Shown here: positions 16,023 to 25,404 of the stretch, piece after piece
How the letters are laid out: every line of letters starts with the position of its first letter
Numbering within the stretch: the first letter of the stretch is position 1
Source of the DNA: a virus
Taxonomy: Duplodnaviria > Caudoviricetes
DNA length: 35,803 nucleotides
Virus record (IMG/VR): IMGVR_UViG_3300030376_003609
Coordinates: 1 to 35,803 of that record
Reading direction: 5' to 3' (one strand)
Notes under the pieces: generated by a model
Told to the model about the DNA's origin: nothing
Database searches by the model: none
Seen by the model: only the letters and a program-made list of their open reading frames with translations
Translations under genes and position numbers: made by a program

Positions 16023-17359
16023 GCATACTGAATAGAGAGGGATCAGTATTAGATCACATAGGCAGTCACTACGTTGATATTGATACTGATGACTTGTTAA
16101 ACAGGATCAGGACTGATTTACACCCACCACAGCAACAGTTCTTTGATAATCAAAATGAAATTGTAGGCCTTAGTGCAGGTTATGGTGCTGGTAAGACAAG
16201 AGCCTTGTGCAGTATGGCAGTCAAGCTTGCAGCTATGAATATCGGGTTTATTGGTGCTGTTATGGAACCAACTGCCCCATTGATTAGAGACATTTGGCAA
16301 ACAGACTTTGAATTGTTTCTTGAGCAATATGAAATACCTTACACATTCAGAGCTAGTCCGCTTCCAGAATATACTTTGCACTTTAAGGAAGGTGACAGCA
16401 AGTTATTATGCCGCAGCTTCGAGAACTGGTCGAGGATTATAGGTTTAAATTTATCGCACGTTTTAGTTGATGAAATAGACGTTGTTTCGCCCACTATTGC
16501 AGACAAAGCCTTCCCTAAAATACTTGGTAGGTTAAGGGCTGGTAATGTTCGCCAGTTTTGTGCAGCCAGTACACCAGAAGGATTTAGATGGCTATACAAC
16601 ACCTTTGGTACAGATGAAGCAAAAGAGAGAACAGATAGGCAGTTAATCAAGATGAGGACTCAGGATAACCCACATTTGCCTAGTGACTTTATTGAACGTA
16701 TGCAAGCTAACTATGATCCATCAATGTTACAGGCATATCTCAATGGGGAATTTATCAATCTAACTACAGGTCAGGTATATGATCGCTTTACCAGAGAAAA
16801 CAATGTTACCACTGTCAAACCAGAGATAGGACTAGAACCATTGAGAGTGGGCATGGACTTCAACATAGGCAACATGAACGCAGTGATCGGTATTGTTCAA
16901 AATCAAAAATTGTTAATATTTGATGAGATTAGTGGCAGTCATGATACAGATAGCATTGCCCAAGAGATCAAAGCCAGATACCCTATGAATAAGATTTACA
17001 TATACCCAGATGCAAGTGGAGGCAACAGAAGTACTAATGCAAGTCAGACGGACATTCAGATTCTTGAAGGATATGGGTTCAGCAATCAAAGCCCACGCAG
17101 CAACCCGCCAGTCAGAGACAGGATCTCTTCCGTACAGGCTTTATTATGTAACGGCAAAGGGGAAAGCCGTTTACAAATCCATGCCAGTTGCAGAAAGCTG
17201 ATTGAATCAATGGAACTTCAGTCATACACAGAAAAGGGTGAACCAGATAAAGAGTCAGGCTATGACCATATGGCTGACGCTGTGGGATATTTGATATGGC
17301 GTGAGTTCAATCCATTATTTGCTAGGTCAGGCAAAGCTACAGGGATTAGAATATATTAA
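16019..17359 (+). CDS. terL: Terminase large subunit
   Basis: Walker A GYGAGKT, Walker B VLVDE, STPEG, nuclease GMDFN and DHMADA. Confidence 0.95.
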   Translation: MSILNREGSVLDHIGSHYVDIDTDDLLNRIRTDLHPPQQQFFDNQNEIVGLSAGYGAGKTRALCSMAVKLAAMNIGFIGAVMEPTAPLIRDIWQTDFELFLEQYEIPYTFRASPLPEYTLHFKEGDSKLLCRSFENWSRIIGLNLSHVLVDEIDVVSPTIADKAFPKILGRLRAGNVRQFCAASTPEGFRWLYNTFGTDEAKERTDRQLIKMRTQDNPHLPSDFIERMQANYDPSMLQAYLNGEFINLTTGQVYDRFTRENNVTTVKPEIGLEPLRVGMDFNIGNMNAVIGIVQNQKLLIFDEISGSHDTDSIAQEIKARYPMNKIYIYPDASGGNRSTNASQTDIQILEGYGFSNQSPRSNPPVRDRISSVQALLCNGKGESRLQIHASCRKLIESMELQSYTEKGEPDKESGYDHMADAVGYLIWREFNPLFARSGKATGIRIY

Positions 17360-17385
17360 GAACATGATAGTATTGAGGCAAAACT

Positions 17386-18807
17386 GTGTATAGCTCACTA
17401 AATATTTACAATCAGCCCATAACACAAGCTGCTACCACAGTTGCAAGCCCTAATGCGGCCTACCAGAGAATGAGTCAGTTCTGGGATTTGATAACAGATT
17501 TGAAGGAAGGAACATACAAAATCAGGAGTGAACATAGAAAGTATTTGCCACAGGAAGCAAGAGAAACAGATGATAGCTATGACGTAAGGCTAAGTAGATC
17601 AACAGTAGTGCCATATTTGCAGCGTATTGAGAAAATGCTCAGTGGTATGCTGGTCAGAAAGCCAGTCCGTTTAGATGACGTTTCTGATCTTGTTCGTGAG
17701 CAACTTTTTGATGTTGACCTTGAGGGTAATGATCTCAATGTTTGGTTATACAACACAGCAAGACTAGCAATCAGCTTTGGTCATGTTGGAGTACTAGTAG
17801 ATGCACCAAAGGAAGGGGACAAGACCAGACCCTACTGGGTGACATATACACCAAAAGATATTTTAGGATTTAGATCTGAGATTGTAGATGGCGTAAGGCA
17901 ACTCACACAGTTGCGTTTATTAGAACAGGTTGTTGAACCAGATGGGAAGTATGGTGACAAGATCATTAAACAGATCAGAGTGCTTGAAAGGGGCAGATAT
18001 GAGATTCATAGAAAAGATGAAAAGAAAGGTGAATATAAATTGTTTGATGAAGGTGAAATGAGCCTTAAGGACAAGATTCCTTTTGCTATTGCTTATTCAA
18101 ACAGAGTTGGTTACTACGAAAGTCGCAGTCCTTTGTATGACATTGCTGAACTAAACCTCAAGCATTATCAGATACAGTCTGACTTGGATAATATCTTGCA
18201 TATTAGTTCTGTTCCTATGCTTGCAGTCTTTGGCTATCCAAATGCAGATGAGATAACAACAGGCCCTAATGAAGCATTATCACTGCCACCTGAGTCACGC
18301 ATGGAATATATTTCTCCATCTGGCGATAGCTATGACAGTCAGTTCACAAGACTGAAAGATATTGCAGAGCAGATCAATACATTGTCATTAGCCGCAGTGC
18401 TTGGACAGAAACTTGTAGGAGAATCAGCAGAAGCTAAGAGGATAGATAGATCGCAGAATGACAGCACAATGATGGTAATAGCACAGCAGATGCAAGACCT
18501 GATTGATAATTGCCTTAAGTTCCACAGTGAATATCTTAATGAACCGAATGCTGGTAGTTCTTTTGTTAACAGGGATTTCGTAAGTGCAAGACTAGAACCA
18601 CAGGAGATTACAAGTTTACTTACATTGTTTACTGCTGGAACTATTACTCAGGAAACATTATTGAATCAACTTTCTGCTGGTGAGGTTTTGGGTGATGACT
18701 TTGACGTAGAGGAAGAGATTGAAGGCACACAGCAGGGAGGTCTTACAGAAGTTGAGCCACCAGAAGAACCTGACCCAGACCCAGAGGAGGAACAAGAGGA
18801 AGAATGA
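17386..18807 (+). CDS. Portal protein (DUF4055-type)
   Basis: Follows terL; YLPQE..E...Y..RL, GVLVDAP, PLYDIAELNLKHYQ..SD, ESAEAKRID; acidic tail. Confidence 0.9.
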   Translation: MYSSLNIYNQPITQAATTVASPNAAYQRMSQFWDLITDLKEGTYKIRSEHRKYLPQEARETDDSYDVRLSRSTVVPYLQRIEKMLSGMLVRKPVRLDDVSDLVREQLFDVDLEGNDLNVWLYNTARLAISFGHVGVLVDAPKEGDKTRPYWVTYTPKDILGFRSEIVDGVRQLTQLRLLEQVVEPDGKYGDKIIKQIRVLERGRYEIHRKDEKKGEYKLFDEGEMSLKDKIPFAIAYSNRVGYYESRSPLYDIAELNLKHYQIQSDLDNILHISSVPMLAVFGYPNADEITTGPNEALSLPPESRMEYISPSGDSYDSQFTRLKDIAEQINTLSLAAVLGQKLVGESAEAKRIDRSQNDSTMMVIAQQMQDLIDNCLKFHSEYLNEPNAGSSFVNRDFVSARLEPQEITSLLTLFTAGTITQETLLNQLSAGEVLGDDFDVEEEIEGTQQGGLTEVEPPEEPDPDPEEEQEEE

Positions 18808-18810
18808 TAA

Positions 18811-21066
18811 ATGAGTATTCCAGAGGTATTTTTTAGGGAAACTATTGATATAAATAGATACAGTAATGCCGTATCAGTAGATCTAGTTAGAACTTACAAT
18901 GACGTTATTTTACTTGCAGCAAGAAAGCTCAATGCAATAAATATCAGACAGGCAAAGGCTGGAGAAGGTGTAGTCATAGCACCGCAAACTAAAAAAAGAT
19001 TGAGGGCAATCATAGCTCAGTCAAAAAGTAGTCTGGATAAATGGTCTAAGACTTCAACAAAGAAGATGATAAAAGAGATTGAAGGTTTGGCAAAGGTACA
19101 GGCTGGATTTATAGAGGGCGAACTGAAAAAAGCTGTAAAATCAGGAAATATTCCCATCAATTCAGTAGCTGTTAGTTCTAAATATGCAGAGTCGTTTGTC
19201 ACAACAGATCCCACAAAGGTAAACATATTTACAAGCAAGCAATTTACAGAAGATGATTTTAAGAAGTTTGGCTCTGGAAAGTTTGAACTTACTGCAAGAC
19301 AAGGTGCAATGCAGACCTTACCAAATGGAGAAACAGTAGAGAAAGCATTTAGAGGTATAGCAACAAGACAACAGGAGGGTTTAGCTAGGACTATCAGACA
19401 GGGTGTATTTAGTGGAGAGTCAACACAGCAGATAGCAAGTCGAATGATAGGTAGGCTGGAGTTTGGACAGAGGGGAAGCGTTAGACAGATAGCACAAGCT
19501 GGTGGTGAACTTACAAAATTAGCTAATCATCAGATACAAACTATTGTCAGAACATCTGTAAACCAAGTCCAGAACCAAGCATCACAGGCTGTTTATGCAG
19601 CTAACAGTAAGGTCGCACCAAAGTATGAATATGTTGCAACGCTTGATTCAAAAACCAGTCCAATATGTAAAAGACTTGATGGTAGAAAGTTTGAATACAA
19701 CAAAGGCCCTACACCGCCACAGCATTTTAACTGCCGATCTACTACTGTTCCTGTTGTTGATTATGCAGGGTTAAAGAAACAAAAAGGATTTGAGGATCTA
19801 ACACCGCCACCCAAAGGCAAAGTTGTAACCCGACCTACAGGAGAGGGGACTGGTAGAGTACCACAGGACACTCAGTATGGTGACTGGCTTTTAGGGCAAG
19901 ATAAGAAACTAAAGGTCAAGACTTTAGGTAATGAACAGAAGGTAAGATATTTTGAACGCTTGGCAAAGAAGGAAGGGTCAGGTCAGAAGGCTATAAGAAA
20001 GATGGTGAGGGAAGATGGAAGCGAAAGAAGTTTGAAGGACTTGGAGAGATTGTATGGTAAGCCCAGTGATATAACGATCAAGATACCAACGCCTAAGCCT
20101 GTAACTAAACCTGTGGCGTTTGAGAGAAGGCTAGTTGACTCAAGTCCAGAGCAACTAAGAAAAGCTGGCAAAGGTTTGATTGATGAAGTGGGTGGACTTG
20201 ATGTTGATAAACTTAAAAAACTTGAGGCTGAATTTAAAGTTGCTGCGAAAGAGGCAGCTAGAGATATGAGTGCTTTTGATAAATTTGAAAAAGTTAAAAA
20301 GAATTACTTTGATTTCAGAGAAAAATTTGAAACTAGATTAACTACTTTGAGAAATAAAATGCTTGAAACGACTCTAAATGATGCACAAGTAAATAAATAT
20401 ATTAAAAATACAAAGATTACAACATGGAACGCTGCTCAGAAAACAGAAATCAGAGGTCAGTTAGATGAATATATAAGAATGTTTAATGGTAATGGTTTTA
20501 TTGATGCTGAAAATGGAGTTCCAGCTATAACAAAAATTGGTAAAGCAAGCAGAGCATCTAATTCACACTGGAAAGGTTCTATTACTACACAACTTAATAG
20601 ACAAGGAAAGATTAGTAAATCTACAACATTCCACGAAATCACTCATTCAGTGGAAGTTATGAACCCTAAACTAAATAATTATATGAATGAATGGAAATTT
20701 AAAAAGGGATTTACCGATAATGCAAAGATAAAGGAAGTTATCCATAACAAAAGAGCTTTTCCTGAGTCTGGTGCAATTGACAGGGCTGCTGGTAAGCCAA
20801 TTTATAAACTCAAAGATATAACAAATATTAGGTATCAACCAAGAGAAAAAGCATTTGTTGACAAGTATTTAGATCCTTATATGGGGAAAAAATATGAACC
20901 ATATGATTTTTCAAGATTTGGAATAAAAGAAAAACTTGAATCATCTGAAGTTTTAACAATGACTGTCCAACAGTTTGGAAAAGTAGAAAATATGGCTAAA
21001 TTATATAGAGAACACCCAGAACTGTTTGAGTTAATTGTAGGTATGTCTAGGGCAAAGGGTCTATAG
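18811..21066 (+). CDS. MuF/SPP1 gp7-family minor head protein with C-terminal HEXXH metallopeptidase-like extension
   Basis: TIVRT, YVATLDSKTSPIC..LDG, PPQHFNCRST; Pro-rich linker at ~20062-20118; FHEITH (H608, H612) and EVLTM (E713). Confidence 0.9.
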   Translation: MSIPEVFFRETIDINRYSNAVSVDLVRTYNDVILLAARKLNAINIRQAKAGEGVVIAPQTKKRLRAIIAQSKSSLDKWSKTSTKKMIKEIEGLAKVQAGFIEGELKKAVKSGNIPINSVAVSSKYAESFVTTDPTKVNIFTSKQFTEDDFKKFGSGKFELTARQGAMQTLPNGETVEKAFRGIATRQQEGLARTIRQGVFSGESTQQIASRMIGRLEFGQRGSVRQIAQAGGELTKLANHQIQTIVRTSVNQVQNQASQAVYAANSKVAPKYEYVATLDSKTSPICKRLDGRKFEYNKGPTPPQHFNCRSTTVPVVDYAGLKKQKGFEDLTPPPKGKVVTRPTGEGTGRVPQDTQYGDWLLGQDKKLKVKTLGNEQKVRYFERLAKKEGSGQKAIRKMVREDGSERSLKDLERLYGKPSDITIKIPTPKPVTKPVAFERRLVDSSPEQLRKAGKGLIDEVGGLDVDKLKKLEAEFKVAAKEAARDMSAFDKFEKVKKNYFDFREKFETRLTTLRNKMLETTLNDAQVNKYIKNTKITTWNAAQKTEIRGQLDEYIRMFNGNGFIDAENGVPAITKIGKASRASNSHWKGSITTQLNRQGKISKSTTFHEITHSVEVMNPKLNNYMNEWKFKKGFTDNAKIKEVIHNKRAFPESGAIDRAAGKPIYKLKDITNIRYQPREKAFVDKYLDPYMGKKYEPYDFSRFGIKEKLESSEVLTMTVQQFGKVENMAKLYREHPELFELIVGMSRAKGL

Positions 21067-21349
21067 CATATCCAGTTGTATAACTTTTTAAATCTTTGAC
21101 AGCTTGTAGTCTTGATTTTTCTGGCACTTTTACGTTTGACAACCCAACTGAGTTAACGGCTGCATTAATTACATCTGCAATATCACAACTGTTTTTATCA
21201 AATATATGACCATGAACACCATATAGTCCCTCTCTTACATCATTTTCCCAAAGCTCAACGGCATCTTTTGAACCTACAGCCTTTGCTGTTTTATTAGAAT
21301 GTTGAATCTCAATATCCCCTAATGGGGTGGTGATAGTTATAGTAAGCAT
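21047..21349 (-). CDS. 100-aa antisense gene, putative immunity protein
   Basis: Occupies an otherwise empty 300-nt gap; has its own promoter; 20-nt tail-to-tail overlap with muF. Confidence 0.7.
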   Translation of the reverse strand: MLTITITTPLGDIEIQHSNKTAKAVGSKDAVELWENDVREGLYGVHGHIFDKNSCDIADVINAAVNSVGLSNVKVPEKSRLQAVKDLKSYTTGYAIDPLP

Positions 21350-21355
21350 AGTTGT

Positions 21356-21384
21356 AGTTTAGTTATGCCACTTAAAAAAGGCAA
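21356..21384 (-). promoter_or_regulatory. Sigma70-type promoter for the antisense gene (leaderless mRNA predicted)
   Basis: TTGCCT (21384-21379), 17-nt spacer, TAAACT (21361-21356), 6 nt, then ATG. Confidence 0.55.
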
Positions 21385-21496
21385 ATCACAAAAGGCTATC
21401 TTTGGCAATATACGTTTGCTGATGAAAGAGGGCAAGACATTAAAACAAGCACAGGCAATAGCTTTATCGACTGCTAAAAAACGCAAAAGGAAGTAA
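21365..21496 (+). CDS. 43-aa basic protein (not in ORF track)
   Basis: MPLKKGKSQKAIFGNIRLLMKEGKTLKQAQAIALSTAKKRKRK; KQAxAIALS motif resembles DUF6496-type small proteins. Confidence 0.75.
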   Translation: MPLKKGKSQKAIFGNIRLLMKEGKTLKQAQAIALSTAKKRKRK

Positions 21497-21521
21497 TATA
21501 AAGACAGCTACTTTTATTGTT

Positions 21522-21596
21522 ATGCCTAAGGGTGTTGGTTATGGTTCTATGAAACCAAAGGGAACAAAGAAGAAAAAGAAAGGAGGCAAAAAGTAA
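21522..21596 (+). CDS. 24-aa Lys/Gly-rich peptide (not in ORF track)
   Basis: MPKGVGYGSMKPKGTKKKKKGGKK; TAATG coupling to the next ORF. Confidence 0.6.
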   Translation: MPKGVGYGSMKPKGTKKKKKGGKK

Positions 21597-21685
21597 TGGG
21601 ATATATTTTTAAGGTACAGGGCGAAGAGGAAACAAAAAAGCCCAAAGAAACCAAGCCCACTGCTAAAAAGAAAACTAAGAAGTGA
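21596..21685 (+). CDS. 29-aa Lys-rich peptide (not in ORF track)
   Basis: MGYIFKVQGEEETKKPKETKPTAKKKTKK; GTGA overlap with the next gene. Confidence 0.6.
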   Translation: MGYIFKVQGEEETKKPKETKPTAKKKTKK

Positions 21686-21909
21686 CTAGAAAACTAAGGC
21701 GAGTTCCAAAGGACAAAAAGACAGGTGTTCCCAAAAAATATCTGTCTGGTTCTAAAAACAGGTCTGCGAAAGCGGCTGAGATAAAGCGAACTGCCGAAGC
21801 TTATAGAAAAGGAGAGTATATTGATATAAAAGCTGTATCTAAATCACGCACCAAACAAAATGTCACAGGCAAAAAGAAGAAAACCACTAAGCGAAAAAGT
21901 AAAAGGTAG
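21682..21909 (+). CDS. Highly basic small protein
   Basis: VPKKYLSG motif; K/R-rich tail. Confidence 0.7.
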   Translation: MTRKLRRVPKDKKTGVPKKYLSGSKNRSAKAAEIKRTAEAYRKGEYIDIKAVSKSRTKQNVTGKKKKTTKRKSKR

Positions 21910-22117
21910 TCTCAAAAAAAAAGCTGATGGGACTAAGTTTTTTTATGGAGAACTTGCAGAAGTTTATCGCAAGGGACAAGGTGCTTACCTTTCTGCTGGA
22001 TCAAGAAATGTTCCTATGGGTGCGTGGGCTATGGGCAGAGTAAACAGCTACATGAGAGGTGATAAAGCAAGAACAGCAGACGCAGCTATCTACAACAAAT
22101 ACCAAAAAAGAAGATGA
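21860..22117 (+). CDS. Basic small protein, DUF5824-like
   Basis: L..VYRKGQGAY...GSR......WAMGRVNSY......TAD. Confidence 0.7.
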   Translation: MSQAKRRKPLSEKVKGSLKKKADGTKFFYGELAEVYRKGQGAYLSAGSRNVPMGAWAMGRVNSYMRGDKARTADAAIYNKYQKRR

Positions 22118-22269
22118 AACTTACTACCAGACAAAAAAACACACTTGCAAAGCACCAGAAGGCTCATGGTCACACAAAGGCTCACATGGAATATATGAAA
22201 CGCAAGATGAGAGAAGGTGTTTCATTTACTGAAGCTCATAGAATGGCTATGAGGCAAAAAGGCAAATGA
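22114..22269 (+). CDS. 51-aa His/Lys/Met-rich protein (not in ORF track)
   Basis: MKLTTRQKNTLAKHQKAHGHTKAHMEYMKRKMREGVSFTEAHRMAMRQKGK; ATGA overlaps at both ends. Confidence 0.75.
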   Translation: MKLTTRQKNTLAKHQKAHGHTKAHMEYMKRKMREGVSFTEAHRMAMRQKGK

Positions 22270-22547
22270 GTGATCCTAGACTCAAAAGATTTGGATTGTC
22301 TGGTTTCAACAAACCAAAAAGAACCCCATCACACCCAACAAAGTCTCACGTTGTTCTTGCAAAAGAAGGCGATAAAGTTAAATTAATTAGGTTTGGTATG
22401 CAAGGGGCAAAGACTAAACCGCCTAGAAAGGGAGAATCAGAGGCAGACAAAGCAAAACGCAAGAGTTTTAAGGCTAGACACGCTAAAAATATTGCCAAAG
22501 GTAAAATGTCAGCAGCTTTTTGGGCAGACAGAACAAAGTGGAGCTAA
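22266..22547 (+). CDS. Basic small protein, DUF5754-like
   Basis: NKPKRTP.HPTKSH, KLIRFGMQG, RKSFKARH, SAAFWA...KW. Confidence 0.75.
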   Translation: MSDPRLKRFGLSGFNKPKRTPSHPTKSHVVLAKEGDKVKLIRFGMQGAKTKPPRKGESEADKAKRKSFKARHAKNIAKGKMSAAFWADRTKWS

Positions 22548-22576
22548 TATTGTGAATAATTGTAAATTTTTTATTT

Positions 22577-23248
22577 ATGGCTGACGAACCAATCAAACCA
22601 AATCCACCTGTAGATAGTGCAGCGTTGATGGCAGAAGTTGAAGCACTCAGAAAAAGCAACAGAGAAATCTTAGACGATTACAAAAAAGCAAAGGAGGCGG
22701 CAAAAGCTGTACCACCAGATGTTGATGTAGATGCTCTAATTGCTTTTAAACAACAAAAGGAACAGGAAGAACTTGAGGCAAAAGGCAGATATGATGAAGC
22801 GATTGCTAAACAGGCACAGCAGTATCGTGATGCTGAAGAGGCTAAGAACAAAAGAATCCAAGAGCTAGAAGCTAGACAAAGACAACTTGAAGTTGAAGCC
22901 CCAGCAGTGACAGCCCTTGCTGATGTTGTACACGATCCCCAATATGTACTATCTCGCATCAGTAAGGATCAACTTGCAAGAGAAGCAGATGGGACAGTTG
23001 TTGTAGTTGATGGATACAACAGGACTCCAGTTAAAGATTGGGCAATGTCAAAAATGCCAGCATGGGTACAGAAGAACCCAAGACCTCAAGGCGGTGGAGC
23101 AACGACAACTAAAGTTCAGACTGAAACAGTGGCTGCTGGTGAAAAGAACCCCTTTGCGAAGGAATCTTTTAACCTTACAGAGCAAAGTAGGTTATATAGA
23201 ACAGATATAAATAAATATAATATGCTCAAAAACGCAGTTAGCGGTTAG
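22577..23248 (+). CDS. Capsid scaffolding protein
   Basis: Coiled-coil; GGGA and NPF....FNLTEQ.RL C-terminus; precedes the capsid gene. Confidence 0.8.
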   Translation: MADEPIKPNPPVDSAALMAEVEALRKSNREILDDYKKAKEAAKAVPPDVDVDALIAFKQQKEQEELEAKGRYDEAIAKQAQQYRDAEEAKNKRIQELEARQRQLEVEAPAVTALADVVHDPQYVLSRISKDQLAREADGTVVVVDGYNRTPVKDWAMSKMPAWVQKNPRPQGGGATTTKVQTETVAAGEKNPFAKESFNLTEQSRLYRTDINKYNMLKNAVSG

Positions 23249-23258
23249 TATAGTAACA

Positions 23259-23290
23259 ACGTGGTTGTGCCATGTCAGAGGTTGTGCCTC
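23259..23290 (+). promoter_or_regulatory. Twin hairpins with identical TTGTG loops in the capsid 5' leader
   Basis: ACGTGG-TTGTG-CCATGT and GAGG-TTGTG-CCTC; GGTTGTGCC at 23263 and 23280. Confidence 0.65.
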
Positions 23291-23316
23291 GAAGTAAACA
23301 TATTAATTAAATTCTA

Positions 23317-24354
23317 ATGGCAACATTAAGATCGGATTTAATTATTCCTGAGGTGTTTACTCCCTACTTAATCGAAGCGACAACTCAAACTGACAGCTTC
23401 TTACAGAGTGGGGTAGTGCAACCTTTGGCAGAATTAAATTTATCCGCAGAACGTGGGGGCGATTTCGTCAAGCTTCCTTTTTATAAAGCAAATTTATCTG
23501 GAGATTTTGAAGTCTTAACAGACTCAACATCATTAACACCTAGCAAGATCACTGCTGACAACCAGATTGGAGTTGTACTTCATAGAGGTAGAGCTTTCAG
23601 TTCTAGAGATTTAGCTTCACTTGCAGTAGGTGGTGGCATAGATCCTATGGCTGCTATTGCTCAGAAGATGGCTGCTTATGTAAACAACCAAAAGCAAAAA
23701 GATTTGTATTCTTGCTTAACTGGTGCATTTGGATCTATCAACGCAAACTCAAGCAGTTCAGCTTTATTTGATCTAACAATCGACAGTGAGTCAGGTGATT
23801 CTCCTACAGTATTAAGCCCTCGTCATATCGCAAGAGCTAAATCAAAGCTTGGAGATCAAGGCGGCAAGCTTACAGCAATAGCAATGCACTCTAATGTTTA
23901 TGGTGATTTGCTTGAGCGTAATATGATTGATCGTATCTACGACAACACAGGCGCACCAGACGGAGATGCTACAGGTGGTAGTACAACTAGAGCTTTTGAT
24001 GGCCCTAATGTTGTTGAGACATTTGGTGGTTTAAGAATTATTGTTTCTGACGATATTCCAACAACAGGTTCTGGAGCTTCAACTGAATATTCAACATTCT
24101 TCTTTACACAAGGAGCAGTTGTTACAGGTGAGCAAGCACCAATCAGAACACAAACAGATAGAGACATTCTTGCTCTTGAGGAAGCAATGGCAGTGGATCT
24201 CCACTATATCTATCACCCTGTTGGATTGAAATATGCAGTGTCTACTGTTAATCCCAACAGAAGCGTTCTCGAAACTGTAGGCTCTTGGTCGAAAGTCTAT
24301 GAAACAAAGAATATCGGTATTGTTAGAGCAACTAACGTATCTAATCAGGATTAA
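23317..24354 (+). CDS. Major capsid protein
   Basis: MAT..SDLIIPEVF.PY, FLQSGVV, DPMAAI, MHS, IIVSDD, HYIYHPVG. Confidence 0.92.
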   Translation: MATLRSDLIIPEVFTPYLIEATTQTDSFLQSGVVQPLAELNLSAERGGDFVKLPFYKANLSGDFEVLTDSTSLTPSKITADNQIGVVLHRGRAFSSRDLASLAVGGGIDPMAAIAQKMAAYVNNQKQKDLYSCLTGAFGSINANSSSSALFDLTIDSESGDSPTVLSPRHIARAKSKLGDQGGKLTAIAMHSNVYGDLLERNMIDRIYDNTGAPDGDATGGSTTRAFDGPNVVETFGGLRIIVSDDIPTTGSGASTEYSTFFFTQGAVVTGEQAPIRTQTDRDILALEEAMAVDLHYIYHPVGLKYAVSTVNPNRSVLETVGSWSKVYETKNIGIVRATNVSNQD

Positions 24355-24356
24355 TC

Positions 24357-24722
24357 ATGCCTTCATTATTTGACGTAACTGCTGGGTCTTTAGTAGGCCC
24401 AACTGCTGGTGGAACTGTTACTCAGGCTACTAGCAAATCAACAGGTGTAACTCTTAACGCTGAGAGTGGACAAATTACTATGAACGCTGCACAGCTTGAC
24501 GCTGGTGTTGAGGTATCTTTCACAGTAACTAACAGCAAGGTTGCAGCAACAGACGTTGTTGTGGCTTGTCATGGTTCTGCTGGAACTGCTGGTTCATACT
24601 TAGTAAATGCAAATGCTATTGCAGATGGTTCTTTTGCAGTAACAGTTTCTAACGTATCTGCTGGTAATTTAAGCCAAGCAATCGTTATTAACTTTGTTGC
24701 TCTTAAGGGTGCATCAAGCTAA
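24357..24722 (+). CDS. Putative capsid decoration protein
   Basis: Small-residue beta-rich GTVTQATSKSTGVTLN..GQITM; directly after the capsid gene. Confidence 0.65.
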   Translation: MPSLFDVTAGSLVGPTAGGTVTQATSKSTGVTLNAESGQITMNAAQLDAGVEVSFTVTNSKVAATDVVVACHGSAGTAGSYLVNANAIADGSFAVTVSNVSAGNLSQAIVINFVALKGASS

Positions 24723-24859
24723 TGGCAATTTTCGCTTTTAGGCGAATGAGAGAACAAAATGAGGCTGCTCAAAAGGCAGCTTCACTTGTTCAAACTCTTG
24801 AAAAGCCAAAACCAAAATCTAAGCCCAAAAAGGTAAAACTCAATGGCAATAACTCTTGA
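24722..24859 (+). CDS. 45-aa basic protein (not in ORF track)
   Basis: MAIFAFRRMREQNEAAQKAASLVQTLEKPKPKSKPKKVKLNGNNS; TAATG coupling. Confidence 0.65.
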   Translation: MAIFAFRRMREQNEAAQKAASLVQTLEKPKPKSKPKKVKLNGNNS

Positions 24860-25403
24860 TGCTACTGTTGGCGGTGCTAACGCAAACACTTATATAACTC
24901 TTGATGATGCAAACTCATTTATTGAGGGTTTAGTTCTCAGTGATGATACTGCGGCATGGGACGGCTCAAGCAACGATAATAAAAATCGTGCGCTTTTTAC
25001 AGCAGCCCAAAGAATTGATAGAGAAAAGTTTTTAGGGGCAAGGGTATCTGATACTCAAGCTTTAGAGTGGCCTAGATCAGGAGTAAGGAAGCCTGATACA
25101 TACACAAACTTGTATGGCTTAAGCTTTCCAAATAGATTAGTTGCTGATTATTATCTTGATACTGAAATTCCAGACAGGGTAAAACACGCACAGGTTATCT
25201 TGGCTGTTTATCTAAACAACAACAGGAACGGATTGGAACTAAGCGGCTTGGAGGACTTTGCTGCTGTCAGTGTTGGAAATATAAATGTGACCCCTAGATT
25301 TTATGGGGCTACTGGTATTGATCGTATTCCACCGATAGTTGATCATTACTTGATGGGTATTAGAATAGGTGGAAGAGCAAACTTATCAATCAAGAGGTCT
25401 TAA
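24843..25403 (+). CDS. Head-tail adaptor (DnaT-like annotated family)
   Basis: ANTYITLDDA..F, AL..A...ID, QALEWPR, IP..VK.AQ..LA. Confidence 0.8.
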   Translation: MAITLDATVGGANANTYITLDDANSFIEGLVLSDDTAAWDGSSNDNKNRALFTAAQRIDREKFLGARVSDTQALEWPRSGVRKPDTYTNLYGLSFPNRLVADYYLDTEIPDRVKHAQVILAVYLNNNRNGLELSGLEDFAAVSVGNINVTPRFYGATGIDRIPPIVDHYLMGIRIGGRANLSIKRS

Positions 25404-25404
25404 A

